DNA of 64,000 nucleotides from the human T2T-CHM13v2.0 reference genome, Homo sapiens. Position numbers and translations under genes: made by a program. The notes below the pieces were generated by a model. The model saw nothing but the letters and a program-made list of their open reading frames with translations. It was not told the origin of the DNA and made no database searches. The DNA lies in NCBI RefSeq assembly GCF_009914755.1, contig NC_060933.1. One strand, written 5' to 3'. Of this stretch, positions 12,642 through 25,671 are shown piece by piece (positions within the stretch are counted from its first letter, which is position 1; each line of letters opens with the position of its first letter).

Positions 12642-12821
12642 AGAGTTGTGATATAGATGCCCTGTTAAACTTGAATTGCAGATAAATGAAGAATTTTTAG
12701 TAAGTATAAGTATGTCCCATGCTTAGGTGGGACATACTTGCGCTACACAATAACTCATTGTTTATCTGTAATTCAAATTTAACTGGGCGTTCTGTTCTTA
12801 TTTGCTATATCTGGCAACCCT
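12642..12821. mobile_element. MER53 palindromic hAT MITE
   Basis: gttaaacttgaattgcagataaa...aagtatgtccca/tgggacatactt...attcaaatttaactgggcg...tctggcaaccct. Confidence 0.85.
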
Positions 12822-13479
12822 CTCTGTGAGGAATGCAGTAATGCTGCAGCGTCAGAGGTGTCATTACCATTTTTTGGGCCATTGCTTCATGAGCAAAGAC
12901 AGATTGAAGTGTATGAATCCCCACTGCACCTAAATGCAGATAAACATGACGAACGGTAATGGCTCCGGAGGAATCAACAGGAGTGTTTCCAGCAGCAGGT
13001 GAGTTGTGGGCGCTGGAAATGAGCATTTGGATGCTGGAGCTCAGGCCCCACCTGCCATCCCTGGGGTGTGAATTTCACAAGGGGGTCTCTTCTGAAGGAG
13101 CAAGGCTCAGGCCTGAAGAAACAAGGCTAGAAGTAGCGATTGAGTTTCCAGGCTTACCCACTTAAAGTCTGTTTTGCTATTAAGGGGCAGGGATTTAGCA
13201 ATATTATTAATGAGGCTGGTTTGGGGGCTGGCCTGGAACCCAGCTTCTATTTGAAACTCAATTTTTATGGCGATGGAAACTCTTTTGTCATCGATTGGAA
13301 AGAAAGAGGCATCAGAAACATAGCTCCTTCAAGCCAATCACGGTTGCTGTGGTCTCCAGGCCATGTTCCAAGGAAGTAGGAGTGGAGGACGGGCATATTA
13401 GTGGAAACTGGGGAATAATAAAAAACGTAGGCTCCCCTCACCTCTCTTCTTCAGGAACCAGACCCTCAGAGAGGAAGTA

Positions 13480-13690
13480 TTGTTTGCTAGGCACAAACCA
13501 TGAGCTAGACACTTTCGGTTCATCACCTTGGGTAATCCTGCTGTACTTGTTTGGAGCTATCTCATCGTATGGGGATAGAAACTGAGGCTTGGAGAGGTGA
13601 AATAAACTGCATAATAAGGTCATATAGTTCAGCAAAGCCAGGACTCGAACCTGTGTCTATGAAGCTCCAAAATCTTGGCTCTTTATTTTG
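13480..13690 (-). mobile_element. MIR
   Basis: gaaactgaggcttggagaggtgaaataa...aaggtcatatag...ccaggactcgaacc. Confidence 0.65.
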
Positions 13691-14225
13691 GGCCACATTA
13701 GAAATAACTCCCTGGAAACCCCCACAATGGGTCCCGGGATCCAACTACAAGATTCTGTATTCCTGACCTCACAGCTCCTCATCTAGCCAGTCCCAGCATG
13801 GAAGGGCTGGTTATTTGTCCACCAAGGCACTTGCTCTATGGGTGTCAAAGATGGTGGCTGTTACCACGTTTCCAGGAGGGACCCAGTGTTGCTGCTACTG
13901 TTCTCCAAATCCTCCCCCACACTCCTGTCATCCCTGAATGACTTAATCTCTGAGCCCTCTGAGACTTAGTTTGTACCTGTTTGTGGTTACGCTAAGTGGA
14001 GAGCTCCTGGGGGTGGGGGTTGGGCAAGAACCAAGTTAGTCCTCTCTTCCTTCCAGGTGCTCTAAATGTGTTCATGGAAGGGAGAAAACCCCAAAGGTTT
14101 ATTGAACTAGAGTAGTCCAGGCAAGAAGAGCTGATGATATGTACAGCTGCATGTACATCGACCAGGCTAGACTAAGCTCATCTGCCTGGACTATGTAATA
14201 TCTGATGCCTCAGGAGAGTGATAGG

Positions 14226-14876
14226 GTATTAGCTAAGGTAATGCTGGCTACTATAACAAACTCCTAATTATATGATGGCTCAAACAACAGATGTTTATGT
14301 CTCACTTGTAAAGTACCACACACATGTTCTGATAGGTATAGGTTTGCTAGATAAAATATGACACCTAGTTAAATTTGAATTTCAGAGAAACCACAAATAA
14401 TTTTTTCCAAGTGATAACTCTCTACTCAGGCTTTCTAAGCATCTAGGACTGGTTCAGAAAGGTGGCTGGGGTTGCCTCTGCCCCTAAGCTGGGATGTATA
14501 CTAAGAAGGCATTCATTGCTTATCTGAAGTTCAAACCTACCTAGATGTTTTGTTTTCGTTTTTGTTAATTCTGGCAACTCTAGATAGGTGGGTGGTCCTT
14601 CTTCAGTGTTGGTTTAGGGACCCAGGCTCCTTCACCTCCTTGCCCTGTCCCTTCAACCTCTGGTTTCCACAGTCATGACACCAATTTGTATCAAACTGAT
14701 GAAAGGGAATGAGCATGAGGATCACTTGGGGGAGGTTTTTGTGGACTGAGCGGTAACTAGAACACAAGGGTCTTCTCTCATTCCATTGGCTGGAACAAGT
14801 CACACGCCATGCCCAACGCCAAGTAAGGCTGGGAAATGTAGTCCAGCTCTGTGCTCAGGAAGAAATGGAAGAAGTT
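14226..14876 (-). mobile_element. MLT1J-like LTR interrupted by MER53
   Basis: taggga cccaggctccttc...cattccattggctggaacaagtcacac...aggctgggaaatgtagtc. Confidence 0.7.
14339..14582. mobile_element. MER53 with a foreign ~80-bp centre
   Basis: Arms agttaaatttgaatttcag and tatctgaagttcaaa...tctggcaactcta; 8-bp TSD gataggt(a/g). Confidence 0.75.
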
Positions 14877-14880
14877 CTAT

Positions 14881-14882
<2 letters not shown>

Positions 14883-14927
<45 letters not shown>
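14883..14927. repeat. (CA)n microsatellite
   Basis: About 22 perfect units. Confidence 0.97.
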
Positions 14928-14928
<1 letters not shown>

Positions 14929-15174
14929 CTTTTTAAAGAAGGCATGATACATTTTCTTGGGTAGTCTTTTTAAGACTACAGCTTTACTTTGGCAAACACA
15001 CACTCCAGGAGGGAACAAGCCAGTGCCCACATTTGTCAAGGAGAGAGTTCTTCCCTCTGCTTTCCTTGAAGAAAACAAATAAACAAAACATTTATTTCTT
15101 CTATGAAATAAAGTCCTGGTAAGAAGTTGTTGAGTTTGTGCTCTTAAACAAGCAGCAGGAGGGAGAGTCAAAAC

Positions 15175-15521
15175 TTTGAACCTACCAAAGGCCCCCAAAT
15201 CCATCTGTTGGAATCCTAGCGCCAGGGTGATGGTATTTGGAGTGGGGGGGTGCCTCTGGTAGGTGATTAGATCCCTCCTGAATGGGATTAGTGCCTTTAT
15301 AAAGAGCCCTGGGGGCACTTCTTTGCTCCTTCCACCATGTAGGGAGACAGCAAGAGGACAGGTGTCTGTGAACGAGGATGCTGGCTCCCTCCAGACCCCA
15401 AATCTGCTGATGCCTTGACCTTCAGCTTCCTAGCCCCCAAAACTGTGAGAAATAAATTTCTGTTGCTTATAGCTACCCAGTCTATGGTTTTCTATTATAG
15501 CAGTTCAAATGGACGAAAACA
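15175..15521 (+). mobile_element. MLT1A0-like LTR
   Basis: gaatgggattagtgcctttataaagag...aactgtgagaaataaatttctgttg...tattatagcag. Confidence 0.85.
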
Positions 15522-15539
15522 GCATTCAATAGAACTGGT

Positions 15540-15720
15540 ATGGATCCTGGTAGAGCCTGGTACAATCTTCTAGCGATGGGACCCAGAACAAGTTACTCAA
15601 CCTTTCTGAGCTTCGGTTTTACTATCTGTGAAATGGGGCTAATGGCATGTACCTAATGGGGTGCTGTGAGGACACAGCCTGGCCCAACACTTGGCATATA
15701 CCTAGAGCTCAACAAATAGA
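15540..15720 (+). mobile_element. MIR
   Basis: caagttactcaacctttctgagcttcggtttt...tctgtgaaatggg. Confidence 0.65.
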
Positions 15721-17469
15721 AACAATCTCACAGCTTCTGTTCCCTCTGTGGTCCTGTGGCAGCTACCCAACTTGATCCTGAGCTGAGCCTGTCTGGGGGA
15801 CTGACTGGAGGGTCCTCCAGGAATCTGCCTGTGGCAAGGAGAGCCAGGTTGATAAACTAAGCCTGGCAACCAGCCTGAGTCACCCACCAGTCAGGAGGAG
15901 AACTTTCCTCCTGGTCCAAGCCTATCATGGATTTGTGTCTGGAGCCTCTGGGGAGGGGATTGGTCCAAATAAAACTTCTGAAAAATATTGGAACACAAGA
16001 CTCCTTGGAACAATGCCAAAGTGGGGGAGAGGCAGTCCCCACAGGGACGCAGGCTGGCTGTGGACCATCCAGGGTGCAGATAATGGTGGCGAAGATGGTG
16101 CTGCCCAGTGGGAGGTGGCTTCAAGGCGGGCACAGAGGCAGTGTGTGTGTGTGTGTGGGGGGGGGGGGGCTGCGTTCTCCCATGACTTGGCAGAAAGCTG
16201 AAGAAGAAGGAGGAGAAGCAGTAGCTGAGAGGATAACTGGTAAAAACATAAGAGTTTTCCAGAAATACTTGAAGAGGTACTGGAAGCAGCTAGACAGCCA
16301 GAATTATCAGGTAGAGGGGGCACAATGAAACAGTGAAGCATTAGCTATCCATAATGACCCCCTTCACACCCAGGGTTGGTGTGGTTGGGGTAACCTAGGT
16401 CGCATCATTGTCTTCAAAGAATAATTCCCCAAGGTACATTTGATTGCTGTTGGCATGAGTGTGTCTCCCTGACCCCCACCCACCAATTGATGTCTTCCCC
16501 TGGGGCTCTGTGTCCTTCAGGAGAAAGTGCTTTGCCATCCTTGATTCAGACTCAACCTCTCTGTTCTCCCTGCCTGCATCTCACACCCCTCTGATTATGG
16601 AAAGATTGCCCCTTGGTCTCCAAATCATTAATTTTGGCTGTGTAGCTCCCACCTAGCAGAGCTTTTCTGCTCTGAAAAACTCTGATTATAAATAGTTCAA
16701 TAATACACGTCCTCCTGAGCTTAAGACTCTGGCTTATGTAATTGGAAATCTGGATGTGAAGCAAGTTAAAGTTGATGCCATAAAGACAGTAAAATAATTA
16801 ATCACTTTGCTCTGTCTAATAGATTCAAGGGCATAGGAACAGCCTTGCGGCCAGGGTGAATCTTCGGGAGTGGCACTTGCTGTCATGGCGACCTCGGCAG
16901 GCACTGGGGAGATAGGCAGGGAAATCAGCACCTGGGGCCAGAGGATGGGGTCTCAGCAGGGTGTGCCCCTCCAAGCTCACCAAGGCCCTACTGATCAAGA
17001 TGTCAGGCATCTGTGACCCTCTGATCCCCCACTCTCCCCCTGTCCCAGGGTTCCTGTATATTGTGCATGTCCTTAGGCTCATACAAGCCTGGTCCCCCCA
17101 ACTGCCTCCCTGGACATGGTGGCTCTGATTAGATAATCCCTCTTCAGCCCACAAAGGACTTGAACTCCCACTATCTTGCTCTATCCTCACAAGGCTCTGT
17201 GAGGCAGGCAGAACAATTATTCTTTCCCTCCCACTTGTCCTAAGGGAAAACAAAGGCTCCGCTGGTTCTGGGTGAAATGGCCCATTTCACATGTATCTTT
17301 CTCAAATTCACACAGCCAGTTGGTGGAGCCATGTCTTACACTCCCATCTGGGTGACAACTTAGCCTGTGCCTTCTTGGCTCTGCTCGCCGGCTCCCTGAC
17401 AGGCCAGGAGCACCAGGCTGTGGACATCCACCTGAGGGAGGCTGCTCCAAGGGCAGGGACCAGGTCGGG

Positions 17470-17700
17470 GAGCATAATATTGAGCATTAACAATGTGCCA
17501 GGCAAGGTCCTAACCACCTTCACACTCGTGATCTCGTTTATTCTTCAAATCACCATCTAAGGTAGCTGCTGTTGTTCCCATTTTATAGATGACGAAACAA
17601 AGAAACAAGCACAGAGAGGGTAGGAAACTCGTGTAAGATCACACAGCTCATAAATAGCAGAGACAGGATTTGAACCTGTGCTTTTAACCACTGTAACCCA
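17470..17700 (-). mobile_element. MIR
   Basis: tgtgccaggca...cccattttatagatga...gatcacacagct...ggatttgaacc. Confidence 0.7.
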
Positions 17701-17859
17701 TGGGCTCCTTGGAAGCCTGTGAGGAGCCTTGAGATGGGATGGAACTCTTACTTGAGTCAGTGCCTCAGGATCGATTCTAGGGTCTAGCACAGGAAGGGGT
17801 TCACGAGATGTTGTTGAAGGTCGGGCAGGGTGGGGTCCTTCTGCCTCTGGCCTGGCTGT

Positions 17860-18370
17860 CTTCCTTCACTTATTCCAAGCACACGCATTTCCTGATCTGG
17901 GCCAGTCCCTGTCCTGCACTGGGAACACGGGGGTGGATGAACCACAGCCTCTGCATCTGCAGGGGCAAGTGAAGTGTGGCAGGGCAGATAACAGCCAAGT
18001 CATGTGGTAAGTGCAGGGCTAAGAGCACCATGGATGCCTGCATAGCACCAGCTTAGGTCAGGGCATCCCGGTAAGGTGACAGCGGAGAGGGGACAGGCAT
18101 GCCAGGTAGAAGGAACAGCATCAGCAAAAGCCTTGGCGTCAGGAAAGAGATGGGGTGAGTGGGATCCAGAGGCGTGGCAGAGGGCGTGCAGGAGATTTTA
18201 AGGGCCTTGAGTGCCAAGGTAAGGATTCTGGACTTTCTCTGGAGCCGCTGAGCAGTGCCATGACCCAGTGCCGTTTTAGGAAGTCAGGTCTAGTGAGACA
18301 GACTGGAGGTCGCGAGGCCAGGGAGGAGAGGGCGGGTGGCAGTGGGAATGAGGGCAGTGGCTCTGCTTGG
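17860..18370 (-). mobile_element. L2 fragment
   Basis: gaaggaacagcatcagcaaaagcc...gggccttgagtgccaaggtaagga...gttttaggaag. Confidence 0.6.
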
Positions 18371-18940
18371 TGAGGGAGTGTAGGGGATAGCCTGGGGCCT
18401 GCCTTGACTTCTATACGTGTTTGTGCCCCCACATCCCCACACCAAGGCCAGTTTTAGGTTTATTCTGTGTGTTGTGAGCGAGCTCCGGAGAGGGGGCTGA
18501 AGCGACGCATTTGAGACCCCCAACCGATTTCTGCCTTTAGGACTATGATGAGAGGAGCAGCTCTTCGCTTGGGGTTCTTGGTACTTTTACCTGAATCTGT
18601 CCAAGGTGACTTCTGGAATGAGTGTCCTGAAGGCAGGGGACAAGCCCAAGGGAGTGGAGATCATCACCAAAACCAGAGCCTCCTGGGTTTCAATCTCAGT
18701 CCCACCATTCAGAAGCTGTGTGCCCTTGGAGAAATAATGTCACCTCTCTGGGCCTCTGTTTTCTTATCTGTGAAGTGGGGCAATAGTGATGCTGCTCCTA
18801 CAGCAGCTGTGAGATTCTAGCAAGCTTTACCTGGAAAGCATGTGGCACACAGAGGTGCTCAGTTACACGTCACTCCTGGGACCTTTGTCATCATCTTGTC
18901 TTCCCATTGGGATCAACGCATTGAAGAAACTGCAAAAGAT

Positions 18941-19240
<300 letters not shown>

Positions 19241-20538
19241 GAAATTGCAAAGGATTGTTGTTTACCTGGCTGAGTAGCTGCAGGTAAACAGCTTGAAGCT
19301 GGGATTGGGGGAACTGTGGGGTTGAAACCCCTCCCTCTCTGTCCCCTGGAGTAGGACCACCTGAGATGGGGGTGAGGTTCAGGGGGTCTGACACCTACCT
19401 CCTGGGAGATGAGCATAGAGAGAGTAGTCTCCATTCCCCACCCATCCCTCTCCCTAGCCCGTCTCCTGCAACACTGTGCAGGAGGGAGCCAGGCTGGGGT
19501 GTACTACCATTTCACATGGGGGGAAGTGGGGGCATAGGGAGGCAATGGGACTCCCCAAAGTTTCCTCTGGAGCTGGGAGGGAGGCCTGGGTTCCTCTGTG
19601 GGGATTACAGAGGACCTTGAAGTCTCTTTGTGGCAGGCTGGTGTCATGCAGACAGGGGCAGGCAGCGACGTGAGCACTTCTGCCATCTCCAGTGAGGGAT
19701 GCGCTGCTCAGGTGAGGAGAGCCTTGCTCAAGGTGACTGTGAGCTCCTGACTTCTCAGTGTGCTGGCAAATGGACCCCATCCATCCTGGGAGGGAGAGAG
19801 CCTGACTCTCGCCCCACATGGCCCGTCAGGGTGGCCATAAGCTCTCCAGGCGCCTGGGGAGCTCCCTCGGGACCCCAGCAACCGAAGACAATGCCTGGTT
19901 CCCAGCAGCCCAGCGCCTGTCGGGTGACCTTGAGGACTCACCTTCCCTGGTGGCGGCTGCTGGGAGTGGAGGAACAGGGCTCAGTCACAGGATGGAAGCA
20001 GGTGTGTGTGTGTGTGCGTGGAGTGTGGGTAATATGTAAGGATAGGCATCTCCCCAGCTTTTTTGGGGGGAGGAGAGCATCCAGCTGGGTATCCTCCCGG
20101 GTCCTACCAGCCTGTCAGGCAGGAGGGGAGACCTGGGAGAGACTGACTTAGGCTGACCTGGGGTGGATCGACCCCGAGGCCCTCCCTGAGATCTGAGCTG
20201 GCATCTGCTTCCGCACCGTCGTTCTGACTCCTCTACCCAGGACTAGTTACGGTCACCATCACAGTCAGTAGGACTGTCAATCATTGTTTTAAGTACTGAT
20301 GTATATCCACCTAGTTGGTCCTCATTTTACACATAGGGAAACGGAGGCAGAGAGGGCTTAAATAGTCTAAGGTCACAGGGTGAACACGCACTCAGTCACT
20401 CCCTTCTGTGGCACTGCCTCAGGGGGCCACATGTGCTGGGAAATGCTGTTGTCCTGAAGCAGCTCAGCAACTGCTGGGTCAAGAGAGGGGCAGGTAAGGC
20501 GCTGAGGGCCTTGGAGGAAGGAGGACCACGACGACAGC

Positions 20539-22397
20539 TGTGTGGTGTGTACAGTTGTGTGGGGTGTTTGTGTGGGGTGTGGGGGGTGTATTTGTGTATG
20601 ATGTGTGTGACGTGGCATATGTGTGGTGCATGTGTATGTGTGGTGCGTGTGCATGTATGATGTGGTGTATGTGTGGTGAGTAATGTGTGTGTTGTCTTTG
20701 CGTGTGATGTTTGTGTGTGGTGTGGTGTATGTGGTATGTGTATTGTGAGTGGTGTATGGTGTGAGTGGCATGTGTGAGTGATGTGTGTGTGTGTGGTGTG
20801 TAGTGTGTTTATGTGGTGTGTGTGTTGTGGTGTATGTGGTGTGTGTGTGTGTGATGTGTGTGGTTGTGTATGTGGTCTGTGTGATGTGCGTGAGTTGTGT
20901 GTGTGTGAATGGTGTCTGTGGTGTGTGTGAATGGTGTGTGCTGTAGTGTAGGTGGTGTGTGTGAGTGGGGTGTGTCTGTTTTGTGCGTGTGAGTGGTGCA
21001 TGTAGTGCATGTGTGCTGTGGTGTGTGTGAGTTGTGTGTGTGCTGTGGTGTGTGAGTGGTGTGTGTGGTGAGTGGTTGTGGTGTGTGTGGTGTGTGTGTG
21101 GTGTGTGTGTGCTGTGGTGTGTGTGGTATGTGTGTGTTGTGGTGTGAGTGGTTTGTGTGTGGTGTGTTTGTGTGGTGTATGTGGTGTGTGTGTGTGCTGT
21201 GGTGTGTGTGATGTGAGTGGTGTGTGTGAGTGCTGTGAGTGGTGTGTGTGTGAGTGATGTGTGTGATATGTGTGAGTGGTATGTGTGTGTGATGTGTGTG
21301 AGTGGTGTGTGTGGTGCGTGTGTGAGTGGTGTGTGATGTGTGTGGTGTGTGTGAGTGGTGTGTGTGTGCTGTGGTGTGTGAATGGTGTGTGTGGTGTGTG
21401 GTGTGAGAGTAGTGCGTGGTGTGTGTGAGTGGAATGTGTGGTGTGTGTGAGTGGTGTGAATGGTGGGTGTGAGTGGCAGATGTGTGGTGTGTGTGAGTGG
21501 TGTGTGTGTGGTGTGTGTGAGTGGTGTGTGTGTGGGGTGTGTGAGTGGTGTGTGAGTGCTGTGGTATGTGTGTGGTGTGTGTGTGAGTGGTATGAGTGGT
21601 GTGTGTGGTGTGTTTGTGTGGTGTGTGTGGTGCGTGTGTGCTGTGGTGTGTGTGGTGTGAGTGCTGTTGTGTGTGTGAGTGGTGTGTGTGGTGCGTGTGT
21701 GTTGTGTGTGTTGTGTGTGGTATGTGAATGGTGTGAGTGGTGTGTGTGGTGTGTTTGTGTGGTGTGTGTGGTGCGTGTGCGCTGTGGTGTGTGTGGCATG
21801 TGTGGTGTGCTGTGGTGTGTGTGAGTGGTGTGTGAGTGCTGTCGTGTGTGTGGGGTATGTATGTGGTGTGTGTGTGGTGCATGTGTCCTGTGATGTGTGT
21901 GTGTGAGTGGTATGAGTGGTGTGTGTGTGGTGTGTTTGTGTGGTGTGTGGTGCGTGTGTGCTGTGGTGTGTGCTGTGGTGTATGTGATGTGTGTGTGCTG
22001 TGTGTGGTGTGTGAGTGGTGTGTGCTGTGGTGTGTGAGTGGCGTGTGTAATGTATGTGTGCTGTGGTGTGTGTGGTGTGAGTGGTATGTGTGATGTGTCT
22101 GTGTGCTGTGGTGTGTGCGTGGTGCGTGAATGGTGTGTGAGTGGTGCGTGTGAGTGGTGTGTGTGTGTGCTGTGGTGTGTGCTGTGGTGTGTGTGGTGTG
22201 AGTGGTGTGTGCTGTGGTGTGTGTGATGTGTGTGAGTGGTGTGTGTGCTGTGGTGTGTATGCTGTGAGTGGTGTGTGCTGTGGTGTGTGTGATGTGTGTG
22301 TGCTGTGGTGTGTGTGTGGTGTGAGTGGTGTGTGTGAGTGGTGTGTGTGTGTGGTGTGTGTGTGCTGTGGTGTGTGTGATGTGTGTGTGCGCGTGTG
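20539..22397. repeat. 1.86-kb degenerate TG-rich tandem repeat
   Basis: Almost pure G/T on the + strand; built from gtgctgtggt, gtgagtggt and gtgatgtgt modules in (TG)n. Confidence 0.97.
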
Positions 22398-22419
22398 AGG
22401 GAAGGAATTTCGGAGGAGG

Positions 22420-22458
22420 AGGTGGCAGGTGGCAGGTGGCGCAGGTGGCAGGTGGCGC
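22420..22458 (+). repeat. (GGCAGGT)n mini-tandem with four CAGGTG E-boxes
   Basis: CAGGTG at 22426, 22433, 22442 and 22449. Confidence 0.85.
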
Positions 22459-23039
22459 CGGCACTTAGCCACCAAGGGTGGAGGAGGGCCTTCAGGAGGA
22501 GGAAACTAGCGGCGAGCAGGGGGTCAGAGGAGGTAAACGCTGTGAACATACCGCCAAGTCCCCATGCTGGGGGTGCAAAACATTGTCATGAAGGATAAGA
22601 TTGGGGGGCTAGCTAGGACAAGATTGTGGAGGACACTGATTATCAAGCTGGAATTATGCAATTTCTGTCGAGAGCACCTGGTCACCACCGCAGGTCTTTA
22701 AGCAGCTATGGATGGGAGGCGACCCTGGCAGCGGCGGGCGAAGATGAGTTAGAAGGGGACAGGAATGAGACAAGAGGAAGGGAGGGAAGAGACGAGGTGG
22801 GGAGGACGGGAAGGCGTGCAGGGAGTGGGCCGGTGCGAGAGGGACATGGGATGGAGTCCACAGGGGAAGAGCTGGGGACTCCAGGTTTTCTGGTCAGGAG
22901 AGACTGGAGACGCCACTGACAGAAAGAGGAGGAACAGGTGTGGGGAGAACTGATGTTTCTTCGACCAGAGCCATCTGCGGAAACATCGTCTCCTCCGTGG
23001 GGCCCAGCTTTCATTCCTCACAGCAGTGATCACTGCATG

Positions 23040-23205
23040 GCAAACAATCACATTCATCTATTATTTGTTTCTTGTCTTTGCTCAATCAGCATATAAGAGA
23101 GTACGAATTCCATCTGCCGTGTTCACAGCGCCATCCCCAGAACCTACAACAGTGTCGGCTTCTAGTAGGTGATCGCTAAATATTTTTTGAGTAAATAAAC
23201 GAATG
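23040..23205 (+). mobile_element. L2 3' end
   Basis: gttcacagcgccatccccagaacctacaacagtg...taaatattttttgagtaaataaacgaatga. Confidence 0.65.
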
Positions 23206-23464
23206 ACTCATGTCGTGCTGGAGGGGGACTGTGGGACAAGCATCCAGGAGGACTGGAGATCTCCAGGAGGGACGTCTGAGCAAACAAGAATGTCCCACAC
23301 GTGGAGGTCACTAAGCCCAGGCTGTGTCTGAGATGGTTCTAAGAGAGTAAGAGAGAATGCACAGAAAGAAACCGGATCACCTCCTATGCCCCCAGCGCCT
23401 GCACAAAGCCTGGCACACAGCAGGTGTTGCGTGTTGGTTGACTGAATTAATAGATGAACCTGCT

Positions 23465-24223
<759 letters not shown>

Positions 24224-24327
24224 AGGTTCCTTTTCATCTAGAAAGAGGCCTTCAAGGGTTAGCTCTGGTTTAACAAAATGGATTCAGTGCTTCCTGTACC
24301 AGGCGCTGGTCTAGGCTCTTTTTTGCT

Positions 24328-24470
24328 TTTTCTTTCCCTCCCTCCCTCCCTCCCTCCCTTCCTTCCTTCCTTCCTTCCTTCCTTCCTTCCTTCCCTCCCT
24401 CCCTCCCTCCTTCCTTCCTTCCTTTTTTCCTTCTCTTCTCTTCCCTTCTCTTCCTTTCTGTTTCTTTCCC
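24328..24470. repeat. (CTCC)n(TTCC)n polypyrimidine tract
   Basis: Includes (TTCC)9 at 24359-24394. Confidence 0.95.
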
Positions 24471-24559
24471 ATAATGCATTTATTTTGTCATACTTTTAGT
24501 GACACGGGAGCTTTCAGAATGCAGACTTGAAGATACACGGTGATCTATGTGAATGGTCT

Positions 24560-25080
24560 GGGCTCTGAGGAAACACCTTCAGACCCTCTCCTCATGGGCC
24601 TCACCATCTATGGGTGGAAACACAGTAAACAAACCCGCAGTCTCTTCTATAATTACACATTGAATAAGTGTGTCAAGAAACAAAATAATGGGGCATAATT
24701 CAGGTAGCAATACTGGGAAAGTGACATTTGAGCTGAACTAGAGAGCAGGGCACTATTGGCAGTTGGAGAAGTCTCCACGCTGAGGGAACAACATGAGAGA
24801 AGTCCCCAAAGCTGAGATGAGTGTGCTGCATGTAGGGCGAAGCAGCCAGGCTAGACGGGGAGGTCCGAGGTAAGAGCAGAGGAGAGCAGGCCGTGCAGAA
24901 CTCCTTCGAATGTTTTTATAATAGGAGTTTAGATGGTTTTTTTCTCGGGATACTGGGAAGCCACTGAATATTTTTACAGGGAAGCACCATGTGATTTTCA
25001 AATAATTACTCTGACTTTGTGTGTAGAACAACTTGGGGAAGAGCAAGAAGATTTCTGTTGAGGTGGCTGAATTTTCCTCT
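24560..25080 (-). mobile_element. L2 fragment
   Basis: gtgacatttgagctga...gagggaacaacatg...ctgggaagccactgaa. Confidence 0.6.
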
Positions 25081-25671
25081 TTATGGCAATTAGAGGCAAT
25101 TTGAGATGAGGCAACACCCAGAACCTTGAGTTGAAGGGCAGTACATCAGAAGAGGCACAGATTATCCCTAATCCTCTCCAGAAATATATGAGCTTGTGTG
25201 TGGCCTTGGGCAAACGACTTTCAGGACTGAGAGAAGGAGTGGAGGGAGGGGGGAATGCATGGGATGTCTCACAAGCCACATAGGTCTGCCCAGGTGTCCC
25301 GCATATCCCAGTGCATTCCCTATAACCTGTCCCAGAGTGGTTTTCCTTTTTCTATCACAATCCCAATTTTCCCAGCTGAACCATTCTCCAGTCCTGGGCT
25401 GGGTTCTGCCATTTCCTTGCTAGAAGCCTCCAGCCTTCTTGCTTCCATTTTCTGGTTCCTGAGAGGCACTTGCCTGTAAGAAATCTGACTCTCTGAATCC
25501 ATAGTTGAATCAGGGTTCAAGCAGTTCATAGCAAGTGAAAAATGTCCTGTCTGGCCACCCAGCAGTGATTGGAGAGGAGGCTGAGTTGATGGTCCTCCAG
25601 GCTGTACAGACCATGAGAGCAGGGATGTAGCAGGTCCTCAATAAGTTACTTGTTGTTTGGATGGTACCTTC

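Noticed and set aside
18021-18040. Second RE1-like site agagcaccatggatgcc
   Set aside because: Right half-site broken; lies in L2 debris
20373-22549. 551-717 aa His/Thr-rich ORFs in all three minus frames, and Cys/Val-rich plus ORFs
   Set aside because: The CA-rich strand has almost no stop codons; all three frames being open is a low-complexity artefact
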